Assembly (NCBI GenBank): GCA_964633995.1
Contig: CAZWKN010000001.1
Location: forward strand, 56,218-120,217
Source of the DNA: an uncultured Gammaproteobacteria bacterium
GTDB taxonomy: Bacteria; Patescibacteriota; Microgenomatia; CAZETR01; Amesbacteraceae
Length of the DNA stretch: 64,000 nt
Direction of reading: 5' to 3'
The notes under the pieces are model-generated. The model was not told the DNA's origin, did not search any database, and saw only the letters and a program-made list of their open reading frames with translations. Position 1 is the first letter of the stretch. Every line of letters starts with the position of its first letter. The position numbers and the translations under genes were made by a program. Shown here one piece after another: positions 26,006 through 35,398 of the stretch.

Positions 26006-27970
26006 CTATTTTAACTGAAGATTTAAAAATTCGGCAGATTCGGATGCATTTGCTGCTTTGAGAGTTAGGTAGTCTTGAAAATATTTTTTGGCTAACACTT
26101 TATCACCAGCGTATTTGGCGATTATTCCCCGGTTGTAAGGAATTTTGGGATCTGTGGGTGAAATTTTGGTTGCACCTACCAATGCTTCGTCTGCTTTGGC
26201 AAAATAGCCTTGGAAATAAGTGGCAAGAACAAGCATGGCCCGGGATTTTGTCTTGTAATAATTAGGATGGTATGGACTTATGCTTATAGCTTTGTTGGCT
26301 GCGGCTTCGGCAATACTTACAAATTTGGCCGAGGTGGTGGCGTCAGTTTCGGCGGTTAGTAAGGCCATGTAAGCTGCTGGCACAGAAAGCTCGGAAATGA
26401 TGGCTGGTTCTTGGGGGTTTAAATTGTAGGCTTGGGAAAGGTGTTGATATGAGGATATGGCGTCTTTGGGGTCCTGGGTTTGGGAAAAGATGCGAAAGTC
26501 TCTTTGGCCTTTGGCAAAGCTGATGTCTGCAGACCAATAAGTAATTATTGCATATAACGTATAGCTTAGCGCAAATAATATTAAGGTGATGGAGAAAATT
26601 TGGGATTTCGATATTACAGATTGCGTATTGCGTATTGCGTATTGCGTATTTAGAGACATCGCAATTGCGGGGAGGAGGAAGAGGAGGATTTGAGTTATGA
26701 CAACCGAAAAACCCCAGAAATTCATGACAGAAATCGATGTCCAGCCGGCCGCTAGTCCGATTATCAAATATTTACAGTCTCGCATGCTCGAACTCCCCCG
26801 CACGGCGGGGTCTCGCTGCGCGTGCTCGCTTTGTAAATATTTGATAAATACAGTTGCCATGAACCCCAATAATAATAGGTATGCTGATAATCCAAACAGG
26901 CCGGTGTTGGCCAAATAATTTAAAAATTCATTGTGAGCTTTGTTGTAAAGAAGCTCCCATTCTGATGTGTAATTGTGTTCAATAGGGCGAAATTGATAGT
27001 AAGACTGCGCAAATGTTTCCGGGCCAGTTCCGAAGATAAAATTCTTGAGGGACGCTTGCCAAATACGTAAGGCGCCTGTCCAGACAATTTTTCTGATATT
27101 GCCGGACTCTGTCCCCCCGCCTTCCAGAACAGGGGTAGATGAAATACCAATTTCTAAATTCGAAGAACCAAATATTTTGTCGCGGATCGGGTTTTTGGTG
27201 ACCAACAGAAGGAGTATGAATATCGTGTTGAGGATCAGGAAGAGTCGGATTTTTTTTGTTTTGAACGTATAGAAGCCCCAAAAGAATACTGAGGAAGTTG
27301 CAAAAGCCAATAACCCTGAACGGGATTTGGTGAAAAGGAGGGTGAGAAAGAAAACAACGCTAATAGCATAGTGCATAATGCCTATAGATCTGTTTTTTGT
27401 TGAAGTAGCGAAAGATATGGGGATGAAGATGAGTGCTACTAGATAACTGGCTAGCCAATTGGGTTGGCCAAGAGTGGAGAAAACCCGGTTTTGGACGTCT
27501 TGAACCCAGGAGGCCGAGTCGATACCAAAGTGTTGCAGAATTCCATATACTGATACGAGTGCTGTAGTGCTAAGGGCTAAGGACAAAGTCCTAAGAGTTG
27601 ATCTCTGATCCATATAGGTGACATAGGCCCAGTAAAGAATGCTGTAGCAAATCAGAGAAAGCAGGCCGCCGTTGAATCTGCTGTAGTAGCCAAAAATGGA
27701 CATGTGGGGGTCGATGGAGAAGAAGAGACTAAGAGATTGAGTGATTAAGAAGATTAAGATGGCCAGATCCAAAATTGTGCGTTGAAAGACGAGTTTTTTT
27801 TGGATAACACTGTCAATGGCCCAGGAGCTGGTAATAATTGCCGTCAGAAAGTAGACGACGATCATTTTGTTGAATTCGAAAAGTTCGGAGGTAAAGGGGA
27901 GAAAGATAAGTGGAGTAATGATAAAAAGCAGATACATGCAGATGCGGATTGTTTTTTGAGGCCAGTGCAT
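26006..27970 (-). CDS. O-antigen ligase/oligosaccharyltransferase family protein with C-terminal TPR
   Basis: STLGQPNWLASYL, TKSRSG, GTGPETF, KAHNEFL. Confidence 0.88.
   Translation of the reverse strand: MHWPQKTIRICMYLLFIITPLIFLPFTSELFEFNKMIVVYFLTAIITSSWAIDSVIQKKLVFQRTILDLAILIFLITQSLSLFFSIDPHMSIFGYYSRFNGGLLSLICYSILYWAYVTYMDQRSTLRTLSLALSTTALVSVYGILQHFGIDSASWVQDVQNRVFSTLGQPNWLASYLVALIFIPISFATSTKNRSIGIMHYAISVVFFLTLLFTKSRSGLLAFATSSVFFWGFYTFKTKKIRLFLILNTIFILLLLVTKNPIRDKIFGSSNLEIGISSTPVLEGGGTESGNIRKIVWTGALRIWQASLKNFIFGTGPETFAQSYYQFRPIEHNYTSEWELLYNKAHNEFLNYLANTGLFGLSAYLLLLGFMATVFIKYLQSEHAQRDPAVRGSSSMRDCKYLIIGLAAGWTSISVMNFWGFSVVITQILLFLLPAIAMSLNTQYAIRNTQSVISKSQIFSITLILFALSYTLYAIITYWSADISFAKGQRDFRIFSQTQDPKDAISSYQHLSQAYNLNPQEPAIISELSVPAAYMALLTAETDATTSAKFVSIAEAAANKAISISPYHPNYYKTKSRAMLVLATYFQGYFAKADEALVGATKISPTDPKIPYNRGIIAKYAGDKVLAKKYFQDYLTLKAANASESAEFLNLQLK
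26621..26648. repeat. Perfect heptamer repeat (TTGCGTA)x4 inside a CDS
   Basis: Read directly; encodes NTQYAIRNTQ on the minus strand. Confidence 0.95.
26761..26847. mobile_element. 87-bp MITE-like element with 16-bp terminal inverted repeats, in frame in a CDS
   Basis: TTATCAAATATTTACA...TGTAAATATTTGATAA around a GC-rich core with a CCCCGC-ACG-GCGGGG hairpin. Confidence 0.6.
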
Positions 27971-28012
27971 GGTAGTAATTAGTTTAGCATGGTGTGTGAT
28001 AGAATTTCGGAT

Positions 28013-28237
28013 ATGGCCAGGAGGGTTGTGGCGAAAATAAGAGATAATGACGGAGTTTGTAGGGGTCGTGGAAAAGCAAAGAGATCGGGTGAGGCACAGG
28101 TGCGGGCTGCTTGGGCTTATGTGTCTTGGTTGAGGGAATTTAACGAATTGTGTTTGGAATGGGTCGAGTCTATGGAGGCAAGGAGGGAAACAAGAAGAAG
28201 AATAAACAGGGCGATGAGGGAAGCACTGGATAAGTAG
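28013..28237 (+). CDS. Hypothetical basic protein
   Basis: TAGAAT 7 nt upstream of ATG. Confidence 0.5.
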   Translation: MARRVVAKIRDNDGVCRGRGKAKRSGEAQVRAAWAYVSWLREFNELCLEWVESMEARRETRRRINRAMREALDK

Positions 28238-28251
28238 TGTATGATTTGTTT

Positions 28252-29142
28252 ATGCGGAAGAGGGTGACGAAGGCGGTAATACCGGCGGCAGGGTTTGGAA
28301 CTAGGTTTTTGCCGCAGACGAAGGCAATGCCAAAGGAAATGTTACCGATTGTGGATAGGCCAGTGATCCAGTATGTGGTAGACGAGCTAGTAGAAGCTGG
28401 TATTTCAGATATATTTATTGTTACCGGGTATCATAAGAGGAGTATAGAGGATCATTTCGATGCTCCGTCTTCAGAATTGGAAGACATATTGAGGGCCGGA
28501 GGGGCAAAGAAGGCGGGATTGTTGGCGGAAGTAGAAAGAATCGGGAATATGGCAAATTTTGTGTATGTAAGACAAAAGGGGCCGTATGGAAACGGGACGC
28601 CGTTACTTAATGTACGACACCTACTCTCTGATGAAGCCTTTTTATATATATGGGGAGACGACTTTATTAAAGCGACACCTTCCCGAGTTAGGCAATTATT
28701 AGATGTATATGAAAAATATGGCACTTCGGTTTTGTCCGCGTTAAGAGCAAAATCTGATGAGGACTATGACAGGTATGGCGTTAGTGCCGGTGAATTTATA
28801 GAAGAAGGGATCATGGATATTAAGACTATTGTCGAAAAGCCAGGAAAAGAAAATGCACCTTCGGATATGCTGAATGTGTGTGCCGGACTTTTTACGCCGG
28901 ACATCTTTGAATTTTTGGATGCGGCTTCTGAAAAGAGGAAACCAGAGGATGAGTTGTATTACAACGACGCACTAAAATTGATGCTCTTGGCGGGTAAGAG
29001 AATTTTGGCTAAAGAAATAGTAGGTGGAAAATATTATGATACGGGTAATAAATTGGAGTATTTAAAAACGGTAGTTGAATTTGGTCTGGAACACCCTGAG
29101 ATTGGTGAAGAATTTAGGGAGTACTTGAATAAAAGGGTTTGA
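28252..29142 (+). CDS. galU: UTP-glucose-1-phosphate uridylyltransferase
   Basis: KAVIPAAGFGTRFLPQTKAMPKEMLP, VEKP. Confidence 0.93.
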   Translation: MRKRVTKAVIPAAGFGTRFLPQTKAMPKEMLPIVDRPVIQYVVDELVEAGISDIFIVTGYHKRSIEDHFDAPSSELEDILRAGGAKKAGLLAEVERIGNMANFVYVRQKGPYGNGTPLLNVRHLLSDEAFLYIWGDDFIKATPSRVRQLLDVYEKYGTSVLSALRAKSDEDYDRYGVSAGEFIEEGIMDIKTIVEKPGKENAPSDMLNVCAGLFTPDIFEFLDAASEKRKPEDELYYNDALKLMLLAGKRILAKEIVGGKYYDTGNKLEYLKTVVEFGLEHPEIGEEFREYLNKRV

Positions 29143-29165
29143 CCCCGTATATTGCGGTTTAGGCT

Positions 29166-30245
29166 ATGTTTGATTATTTTTTCGGATTACTGTCCTATGA
29201 TATTGGAATAGATTTGGGTACTGCCAATACGTTGGTTCATGTAAAGGGCAAGGGCATTGTAATTAGGGAGCCTTCGGTGGTGGCTCGGCATAAAAAAACA
29301 AAACAGGTGTTGGCAATAGGCGAAGAAGCTAAAAAGATGTTAGGTCGGACACCGGCAACAATAGAAGCGATAAGACCATTAAAGGATGGCGTGATTGCGG
29401 ATTTTGATGCGACAGAGGTGATGCTAAAACATTATATTTTACGGGTACACGAGTCGGGGAAACTTATTCCCAGAGTACCCAAGCCGCGGGTAGTGGTAGG
29501 GATTCCGTCGGGTGTTACTGAAGTAGAACGGCGGGCGGTTCAGGAGGCTGCTTTGTCTGCCGGAGCTAGACAATGTTGGTTAATTGAGGAGCCAATGGCG
29601 GCAGCGATTGGGGCCAACTTGCCTATTTCTGATGCAGGTGGGGTAATGGTGGTAGATATTGGGGGCGGTACTTCCGAAATTGCGGTGATTTCATTGGGTG
29701 GGATAGTCCTTAATAAGTCGATAAGGACTGCGGGGGATGAGATGGATGAGGCGATCATTCATTTTATGCGGCTAAAATACAATGTATTGTTGGGTGAACG
29801 GACCGCGGAAGAGGTCAAGATTAATTTGGGTAATGCTCACCCGATGGCGTTTTTGGGCGAGGGGGAAGATAGCAAAAAACCTAAGGTCAAGTACATGGTG
29901 GTTAGAGGTAGGGATTTGGAATCGGGGTTGCCTAGAAGTTTAAAGATTTCATCTGATGAGGTAAGGGAGGCATTGCTACCGGTGCTAAGGGAAATTACTT
30001 CGGCTACAGCTGATTTGATAGAAGAGACACCGCCAGAATTGGTGTCTGATATTTTGGAACGGGGAATTGTGATGGCCGGAGGTGGAAGCATGATTGCAGG
30101 GATTGATAGATTTATGTCTGAAGAAACACGGATGCCGGTCTATATTACCGATGACCCCATGACGGCAGTGGTACGAGGATGTGGGAAAGTGTTGGACGAT
30201 ATGCGACTTTTGGCGAGAGTGAAAGTGGTGGGGGGATTGAGGTAG
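29166..30245 (+). CDS. mreB: Rod shape-determining actin
   Basis: GIDLGTANT, IREPSVVA, VDIGGGT, TPPEL. Confidence 0.97.
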   Translation: MFDYFFGLLSYDIGIDLGTANTLVHVKGKGIVIREPSVVARHKKTKQVLAIGEEAKKMLGRTPATIEAIRPLKDGVIADFDATEVMLKHYILRVHESGKLIPRVPKPRVVVGIPSGVTEVERRAVQEAALSAGARQCWLIEEPMAAAIGANLPISDAGGVMVVDIGGGTSEIAVISLGGIVLNKSIRTAGDEMDEAIIHFMRLKYNVLLGERTAEEVKINLGNAHPMAFLGEGEDSKKPKVKYMVVRGRDLESGLPRSLKISSDEVREALLPVLREITSATADLIEETPPELVSDILERGIVMAGGGSMIAGIDRFMSEETRMPVYITDDPMTAVVRGCGKVLDDMRLLARVKVVGGLR

Positions 30246-30254
30246 AATTTGGGA

Positions 30255-31886
30255 ATGAGGAAGTTTAGGCCGGGGGTGAGTTTTTCTGATTTTGTAGTTT
30301 CGGATATGCGAGCTACAAAATCGAAAATAGAAGATGACACTCCTAGGGATTATCGAAGAGGGTGGTTGATTTGGGTGGGGGTGGTTGTTTTGATGGCAGT
30401 TTTGCTTGTGAGACTTTTGACCATTCAGGTTTTCTATGCAGCGAGATATAAAGTATTGGCGGACCAAAACCGGATTAAAAAAATTAAACTTACGGCCCCC
30501 AGGGGCATAATTACTGATAGGAATGGAGTTGAGTTGGCCAGAAATGTGCTTCAGGGCGATAGTTATGTGCGGGAGTACCCCTTGGGGGAAGCGGGTGTTC
30601 ATGCGGTAGGTTATGTGGGACAAGTTAAAGAGGACGAAGTGGGGATATTAAAAGAGGCGGGTGGAAAATATGATCCCGGCGACATGATAGGCCGGAGTGG
30701 AATTGAGGCGGTGTATGAAAAAAGATTAAGAGGGCTTGATGGGGGAAGGCTGGTCGAAGTGGATAATGGGTTGAACGAAGTTCGGCAATTGGGTAAGAAG
30801 TTGCCAATTGCTGGCGAAAAATTGCAATTAACCTTAGATGCAGCTCTCCAGAGGGTAGCCTATGAGGCTATGGTGGGAAAGAAGGGGGCCGTCGTGGCTT
30901 CGGATCCGAGAACTGGGGAAATATTGGCATTGGTTAGCTCGCCAGGATTTGATCCAAATACAATCAGTGCACAGTACGCAAGGCTCAGTGCTCAGAATGA
31001 TTTGCCGTTTTTTAATAGGGCGATTGGTGGAGTGTATGCTCCGGGGTCGACTTTTAAAATGACGACCACAATAGCGGCGTTGAGTTCTGGAAAAGTGCCC
31101 TTTGGTTTTACTTGGGATGACCAGGGGATTATTAGGGTCGGAAGTTATAAGTATACAAACTGGTTATTTACGTCTAGTGGAAAAGTGGAAGGAGTGATTG
31201 GTTTTTCCAGAGCCATTGCTCGGTCGACAGACACTTTCTTTTATAAGGTGGGTGAGGCGGTTGGACCTGATGAAATTGCAGATTGGGCAAGACGGATGGG
31301 ATTTTCAAATAAAACGGGAGTTGATTTGCCGGGTGAGGTTGGGGGATTGGTAGTAGACCCAGAGTGGAAACAAAAACATAAGAATGAATCTTGGTTTTTG
31401 GGAAATACGTACCAAATGGCAATAGGCCAGGGAGATACTCTGGTTACACCTATTCAGGTCAATTTGATGACAAATATTATCGCTAGTGGTGGCAGAAAGT
31501 GTGGACTGCATTTAAACTCAATGCTCAGTGCTCAATGCTCAATGCTCAATATTTCACCTGAAATTTTGAAAGTTGTGAGGGCAGGGATGGTGGGGGCTTG
31601 TAGTGCTGGGGGAACAGCGTTTCCTTTGTTTGGATTTGTACCCCAAGTGGCGTGCAAAACGGGTACTGCAGAATATATGGCTGATTCAGGAAAGATTCGG
31701 ACACATGGTTGGTTAACGGCTATGGCTCCCGCTGATAATCCAACGATTTCAATTTCCGTATTAGTCGAAGCCGGTGGGGAAGGATCAAACTCCGCTGCTC
31801 CTGTTGTCAGAAAAATGTTGGCCTGGTACTTTGGAGTGGAGGACAATTACAATTATGCAGCAATCCCAAAGGGTGAGGGGGAATAG
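30255..31886 (+). CDS. mrdA: Class B penicillin-binding protein 2
   Basis: PRG.I.DRNG, PGSTFK, SxD(STDTFFY), KTGTAE. Confidence 0.9.
   Translation: MRKFRPGVSFSDFVVSDMRATKSKIEDDTPRDYRRGWLIWVGVVVLMAVLLVRLLTIQVFYAARYKVLADQNRIKKIKLTAPRGIITDRNGVELARNVLQGDSYVREYPLGEAGVHAVGYVGQVKEDEVGILKEAGGKYDPGDMIGRSGIEAVYEKRLRGLDGGRLVEVDNGLNEVRQLGKKLPIAGEKLQLTLDAALQRVAYEAMVGKKGAVVASDPRTGEILALVSSPGFDPNTISAQYARLSAQNDLPFFNRAIGGVYAPGSTFKMTTTIAALSSGKVPFGFTWDDQGIIRVGSYKYTNWLFTSSGKVEGVIGFSRAIARSTDTFFYKVGEAVGPDEIADWARRMGFSNKTGVDLPGEVGGLVVDPEWKQKHKNESWFLGNTYQMAIGQGDTLVTPIQVNLMTNIIASGGRKCGLHLNSMLSAQCSMLNISPEILKVVRAGMVGACSAGGTAFPLFGFVPQVACKTGTAEYMADSGKIRTHGWLTAMAPADNPTISISVLVEAGGEGSNSAAPVVRKMLAWYFGVEDNYNYAAIPKGEGE
31516..31550. 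repeat. Heptamer repeat (GCTCAAT family) x5 inside mrdA
   Basis: actcaat gctcagt gctcaat gctcaat gctcaat. Confidence 0.9.
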
Positions 31887-31924
31887 TTTGCAATGGGGGT
31901 TTGAAAAAGAGTAGTATAAGATTA

Positions 31925-32188
31925 ATGGCCGGAGGATTTAGTGTAGAGGAAATTCGAGATGCAATGCAGCAGTTGAGGGATGTGGTGCGGACAAAGAGAG
32001 AAAAGGTGGTTAATATGTGGCAAGATCCGCCACCGCCGGTTATGTTGGCTTATGGGGCTACGGTGCTGGTGTCGGGGGTGTTGATGGCATCAATGGGGAA
32101 TTGGTCAAATTTAAAAATGCCAAGGGGTGGGGGTGGGTTGGAGATTTTAATGGAACTAATGGTTAATTCTGATGGACTAAGTGGATAA
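31925..32188 (+). CDS. Hypothetical protein
   Basis: Short ORF with one hydrophobic segment. Confidence 0.5.
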   Translation: MAGGFSVEEIRDAMQQLRDVVRTKREKVVNMWQDPPPPVMLAYGATVLVSGVLMASMGNWSNLKMPRGGGGLEILMELMVNSDGLSG

Positions 32189-32546
32189 AGCTATGAAATT
32201 AAAAGAAATAATAGAAATTTTTGTTTTGGGGATGGGTGTAACCGAGGCGTTGGAAGTTAAGGAACTGTTTTTGGAATTGGTTCAATGGAATTTGATTGAG
32301 GCTGTAAATCAAGATTTGACTAGTGAGGATAGGCAGGCGCTGGCTGATATTTTAAAAGGAGGAGAAGCTGGTGGAAGAACATCTCAGGTCACTTCAGTTT
32401 TTTTGCGAGATAAGGGAGTGGATGTATTTAAGGCTAAGAAATATTTAGATTTTGCGGTGAGAGTGGCACTTAGAAAACTACTGGAGATTTTGGGGGGTGG
32501 GTTGGATGTCGAAAACAGGGGTAAAATTGAAGCCGTTTTGGGTTAG
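32181..32546 (+). CDS. Hypothetical helical protein
   Basis: ORF coupled to the previous one. Confidence 0.55.
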   Translation: MDKAMKLKEIIEIFVLGMGVTEALEVKELFLELVQWNLIEAVNQDLTSEDRQALADILKGGEAGGRTSQVTSVFLRDKGVDVFKAKKYLDFAVRVALRKLLEILGGGLDVENRGKIEAVLG

Positions 32547-32575
32547 TACATCGGGTAAATGATACAATTGCGGAT

Positions 32576-34546
32576 ATGGATTTGATAATTGTAGAGTCGC
32601 CAACCAAGGCCAAAACCCTGTCCAGGTTTTTGGGTAAGGGTTATGAAATTGAAGCTTCTTATGGTCATATAAGAGATCTGCCGCAAAAGAAATTAGGTAT
32701 AGATATGAAATCTAATTTCTTGCCAGAATATGTGCAAACGGATAAGCAGATTAAGAGGACTGAGGAGATTAAGAGATTAAGCAGCAAGGCTAAAACGATA
32801 TATCTGGCAACTGATCCTGACCGGGAGGGTGAGGCAATTGCTTGGCATGTGGGGGAAGTGCTAGGTACTAAGGGCAAAGTACTAAGACGGGTTACGTTTC
32901 ATGAAATTACCAAGAAGGCGATAGAAGAGGCGTTGAAACATCCCGGAGATGTAGACATGAAACTTGTGAATGCGCAGCAGGCAAGGAGAGTGTTGGACAG
33001 ATTGGTTGGATACAAATTGTCTCCATTACTGTGGAGAAAGATTAGAAAGGGATTATCTGCCGGTAGAGTGCAAAGTGTGGCGGTAAGGCTCATTGTAGAT
33101 AAGGAAAGAGAAATTGAAGCCTTTGTTCCCGAAGAGTATTGGGATATAAAAGTAGAGTTGCAAAAGTTGCACAGTTTACCAGTAGAACAGTTAACAGTTA
33201 AGTTGGTAAGTGAAGAAGTTAAGAACGGAGAAGATGCGAGTAGGGTCGAAAACGATCTTAGGGTGGCGGAGTTTGTGGTGGTGGGGGTGGATAAAAAGAA
33301 AGTAACTAGACTGCCGTTGCCGCCGTTTACAACTTCTACCTTGCAGCAGACTGCGGCCAATAAATTGGGTTGGAGTGCGAAAAAGACGATGCAAGTGGCG
33401 CAGAATTTATACGAAGAAGGATTAATAACCTATCACAGGACTGACTCAGTGAATATAGCATCTGAGGCAAGTGCTCAGTGCTCAGCCCTCATAGTTTCCC
33501 AATTTGGAAAAGAGTTTGCGTTGAATACGCCGAGACTATTTAAAACCAAATCTAAGTCGGCTCAGGAGGCGCACGAAGCAATAAGACCGACGGACGTCGG
33601 GCAAATTGCAGATCGCTTATCGCTAATTGCAAATAAGGACCAGGGGCGATTGTATGAACTGATTTGGAAAAGGTTTGTGGCTTGTCAGATGGCAGAGTCC
33701 ATAGGGGAGAGTGTAAAAGTAAAAATTCAAGCAGGAAGATATGGATTGGAGGCCAGAGGATTAACTATTAAGTTTGAAGGATGGCAAAAGGTGTACGGTG
33801 TCGATAAAGAAGAAGATGAGGGGGTGAAGTTGCCGGAGCTAGAATTGCAAGAGAAGTTGGATTGTGTGGATGTTTTGAAAACTCAGAAATTTACCCAACC
33901 GCCAAGTAGATATAATGACGCCAGTCTAATAAAAGCCTTGGAAGAGATGGGTATAGGTCGGCCTAGTACCTATGCGCCGACGTTGTCGACAATTGCTGAA
34001 CGTCAGTATGTAGAAAAAGTGGAGAAAAGGTTTAAACCAACGGCGTTAGGGATTGCGGTGAATGATTTTTTGGTAACTAATTTCGAGAAAATCGTGGATT
34101 ATCAGTTTACTGCCAAAATGGAAGAAGAGTTGGACGAGATAGCTGGTGGTGAAATGGAATGGCAGCCGGTTATCGCCCAGTTTTACGAACCGTTTGAAAA
34201 AGAATTAGACCGGGTACAGGAAGTTTCGGTGAGAGTGAAGGTGGAGGCCGAGTTGACTGGAGATAAGTGCCCTGATTGTACTTCGACGGGCTCAGTACAA
34301 GTTGGTGACGTGGTGGTCAGGATCGGAAAGTTTGGAAGATTTTTGGCATGTAGCCGGTATCCGGAGTGTAAATATAAAGCTAATTACCAACACAAGGTGG
34401 GTGTAAAGTGTCCGAAATGTGGGACAGGTGAAGTGATCATGAAAAAGACCCGTAATATGAAGACGTTTTTTGGTTGTAGCAATTATCCACAATGTGAATA
34501 CGCGAGTTGGAATAAGCCTGTTGTTTCAGCGACGGTAAGTGTGTGA
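32576..34546 (+). CDS. topA: DNA topoisomerase I
   Basis: IVESPTKAKT, ATDPDREGE, SAGRVQS, ITYHRTDS, GIGRPSTY, C-terminal Zn ribbons. Confidence 0.97.
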   Translation: MDLIIVESPTKAKTLSRFLGKGYEIEASYGHIRDLPQKKLGIDMKSNFLPEYVQTDKQIKRTEEIKRLSSKAKTIYLATDPDREGEAIAWHVGEVLGTKGKVLRRVTFHEITKKAIEEALKHPGDVDMKLVNAQQARRVLDRLVGYKLSPLLWRKIRKGLSAGRVQSVAVRLIVDKEREIEAFVPEEYWDIKVELQKLHSLPVEQLTVKLVSEEVKNGEDASRVENDLRVAEFVVVGVDKKKVTRLPLPPFTTSTLQQTAANKLGWSAKKTMQVAQNLYEEGLITYHRTDSVNIASEASAQCSALIVSQFGKEFALNTPRLFKTKSKSAQEAHEAIRPTDVGQIADRLSLIANKDQGRLYELIWKRFVACQMAESIGESVKVKIQAGRYGLEARGLTIKFEGWQKVYGVDKEEDEGVKLPELELQEKLDCVDVLKTQKFTQPPSRYNDASLIKALEEMGIGRPSTYAPTLSTIAERQYVEKVEKRFKPTALGIAVNDFLVTNFEKIVDYQFTAKMEEELDEIAGGEMEWQPVIAQFYEPFEKELDRVQEVSVRVKVEAELTGDKCPDCTSTGSVQVGDVVVRIGKFGRFLACSRYPECKYKANYQHKVGVKCPKCGTGEVIMKKTRNMKTFFGCSNYPQCEYASWNKPVVSATVSV

Positions 34547-34558
34547 TATATTTGAAGC

Positions 34559-35152
34559 ATGAGAGCTAGGGGTTTGTTTGTAGTGTTGTATGGTCCTGAG
34601 GGAGTGGGTAAAAGCAGACAGGCGGGACTTTTGGAAGAGCGATTAAGAGACGAAGGGGTGTTGGTTAGAAGAGTCAGATATCCCGTATATGAAGCCGGAA
34701 AAACGGGAGCGCAATTGGATGAGATGTTGCATAGAAAAAAGATTTCTTTGGATGAAAAGGATATGCAGAAGTTGTTTGCGAAAAACAGGAAAGAATTTGA
34801 ACCTACCTTGAAGGCCTGGCTTAACTCAGGGATGACAGTGATTGCCGAAGGTTACAAGGGGACCGGGATTGTGTGGGGGGTGACCAGAGGGCTAACTGTC
34901 GAGCAGATGGATGAGATAAACGAGGATACTTTGGATCCTGATTTGTCTATATATATTGATGGACCAATGAGAACAGAAATGGCCGATCCGGCCCATCCGT
35001 ATGGGGATGAAGAAGAATGGTACCAGCTGAGAAAGACATATTTTCAAATGGCAGATAGGTATGGATGGATTAGGGTGGGTGGAGATGCGCCGATACTAAC
35101 GGTGGCTTCCAGGATTTGGGCTGTGGTTAAACCAGTTGTGGGATCGAGGTGA
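34559..35152 (+). CDS. tmk: Thymidylate kinase-like protein
   Basis: GLFVVLYGPEGVGKS P-loop, RYP, ..NR.E, PDL. Confidence 0.7.
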   Translation: MRARGLFVVLYGPEGVGKSRQAGLLEERLRDEGVLVRRVRYPVYEAGKTGAQLDEMLHRKKISLDEKDMQKLFAKNRKEFEPTLKAWLNSGMTVIAEGYKGTGIVWGVTRGLTVEQMDEINEDTLDPDLSIYIDGPMRTEMADPAHPYGDEEEWYQLRKTYFQMADRYGWIRVGGDAPILTVASRIWAVVKPVVGSR

Positions 35153-35370
35153 CTGAGTGCGAAAAATCTAGGTTTGTTTGTTGGCTTGATAAGCCGGATG
35201 GGGATTACGAATCGGCTGTGTGTTTGGTGTGTCAGGCGGCTGTGAGGATAGCTATGCAGGGAGGCCGTGCCGTTATGACAAATGAAATGTGTGTGGGGCA
35301 TAGAAAAAAGTGTATGCAAGTGTGGCTTCTGACCGTAAAATCCGCCCTCGAACGGGAAGGAAGAGTGTAA
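35149..35370 (+). CDS. Small Cys-rich hypothetical protein
   Basis: GTGA overlap; 6 Cys. Confidence 0.45.
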   Translation: MTECEKSRFVCWLDKPDGDYESAVCLVCQAAVRIAMQGGRAVMTNEMCVGHRKKCMQVWLLTVKSALEREGRV

Positions 35371-35398
35371 AAGGCTTGGGTGTGGTATATTTGGCGGG

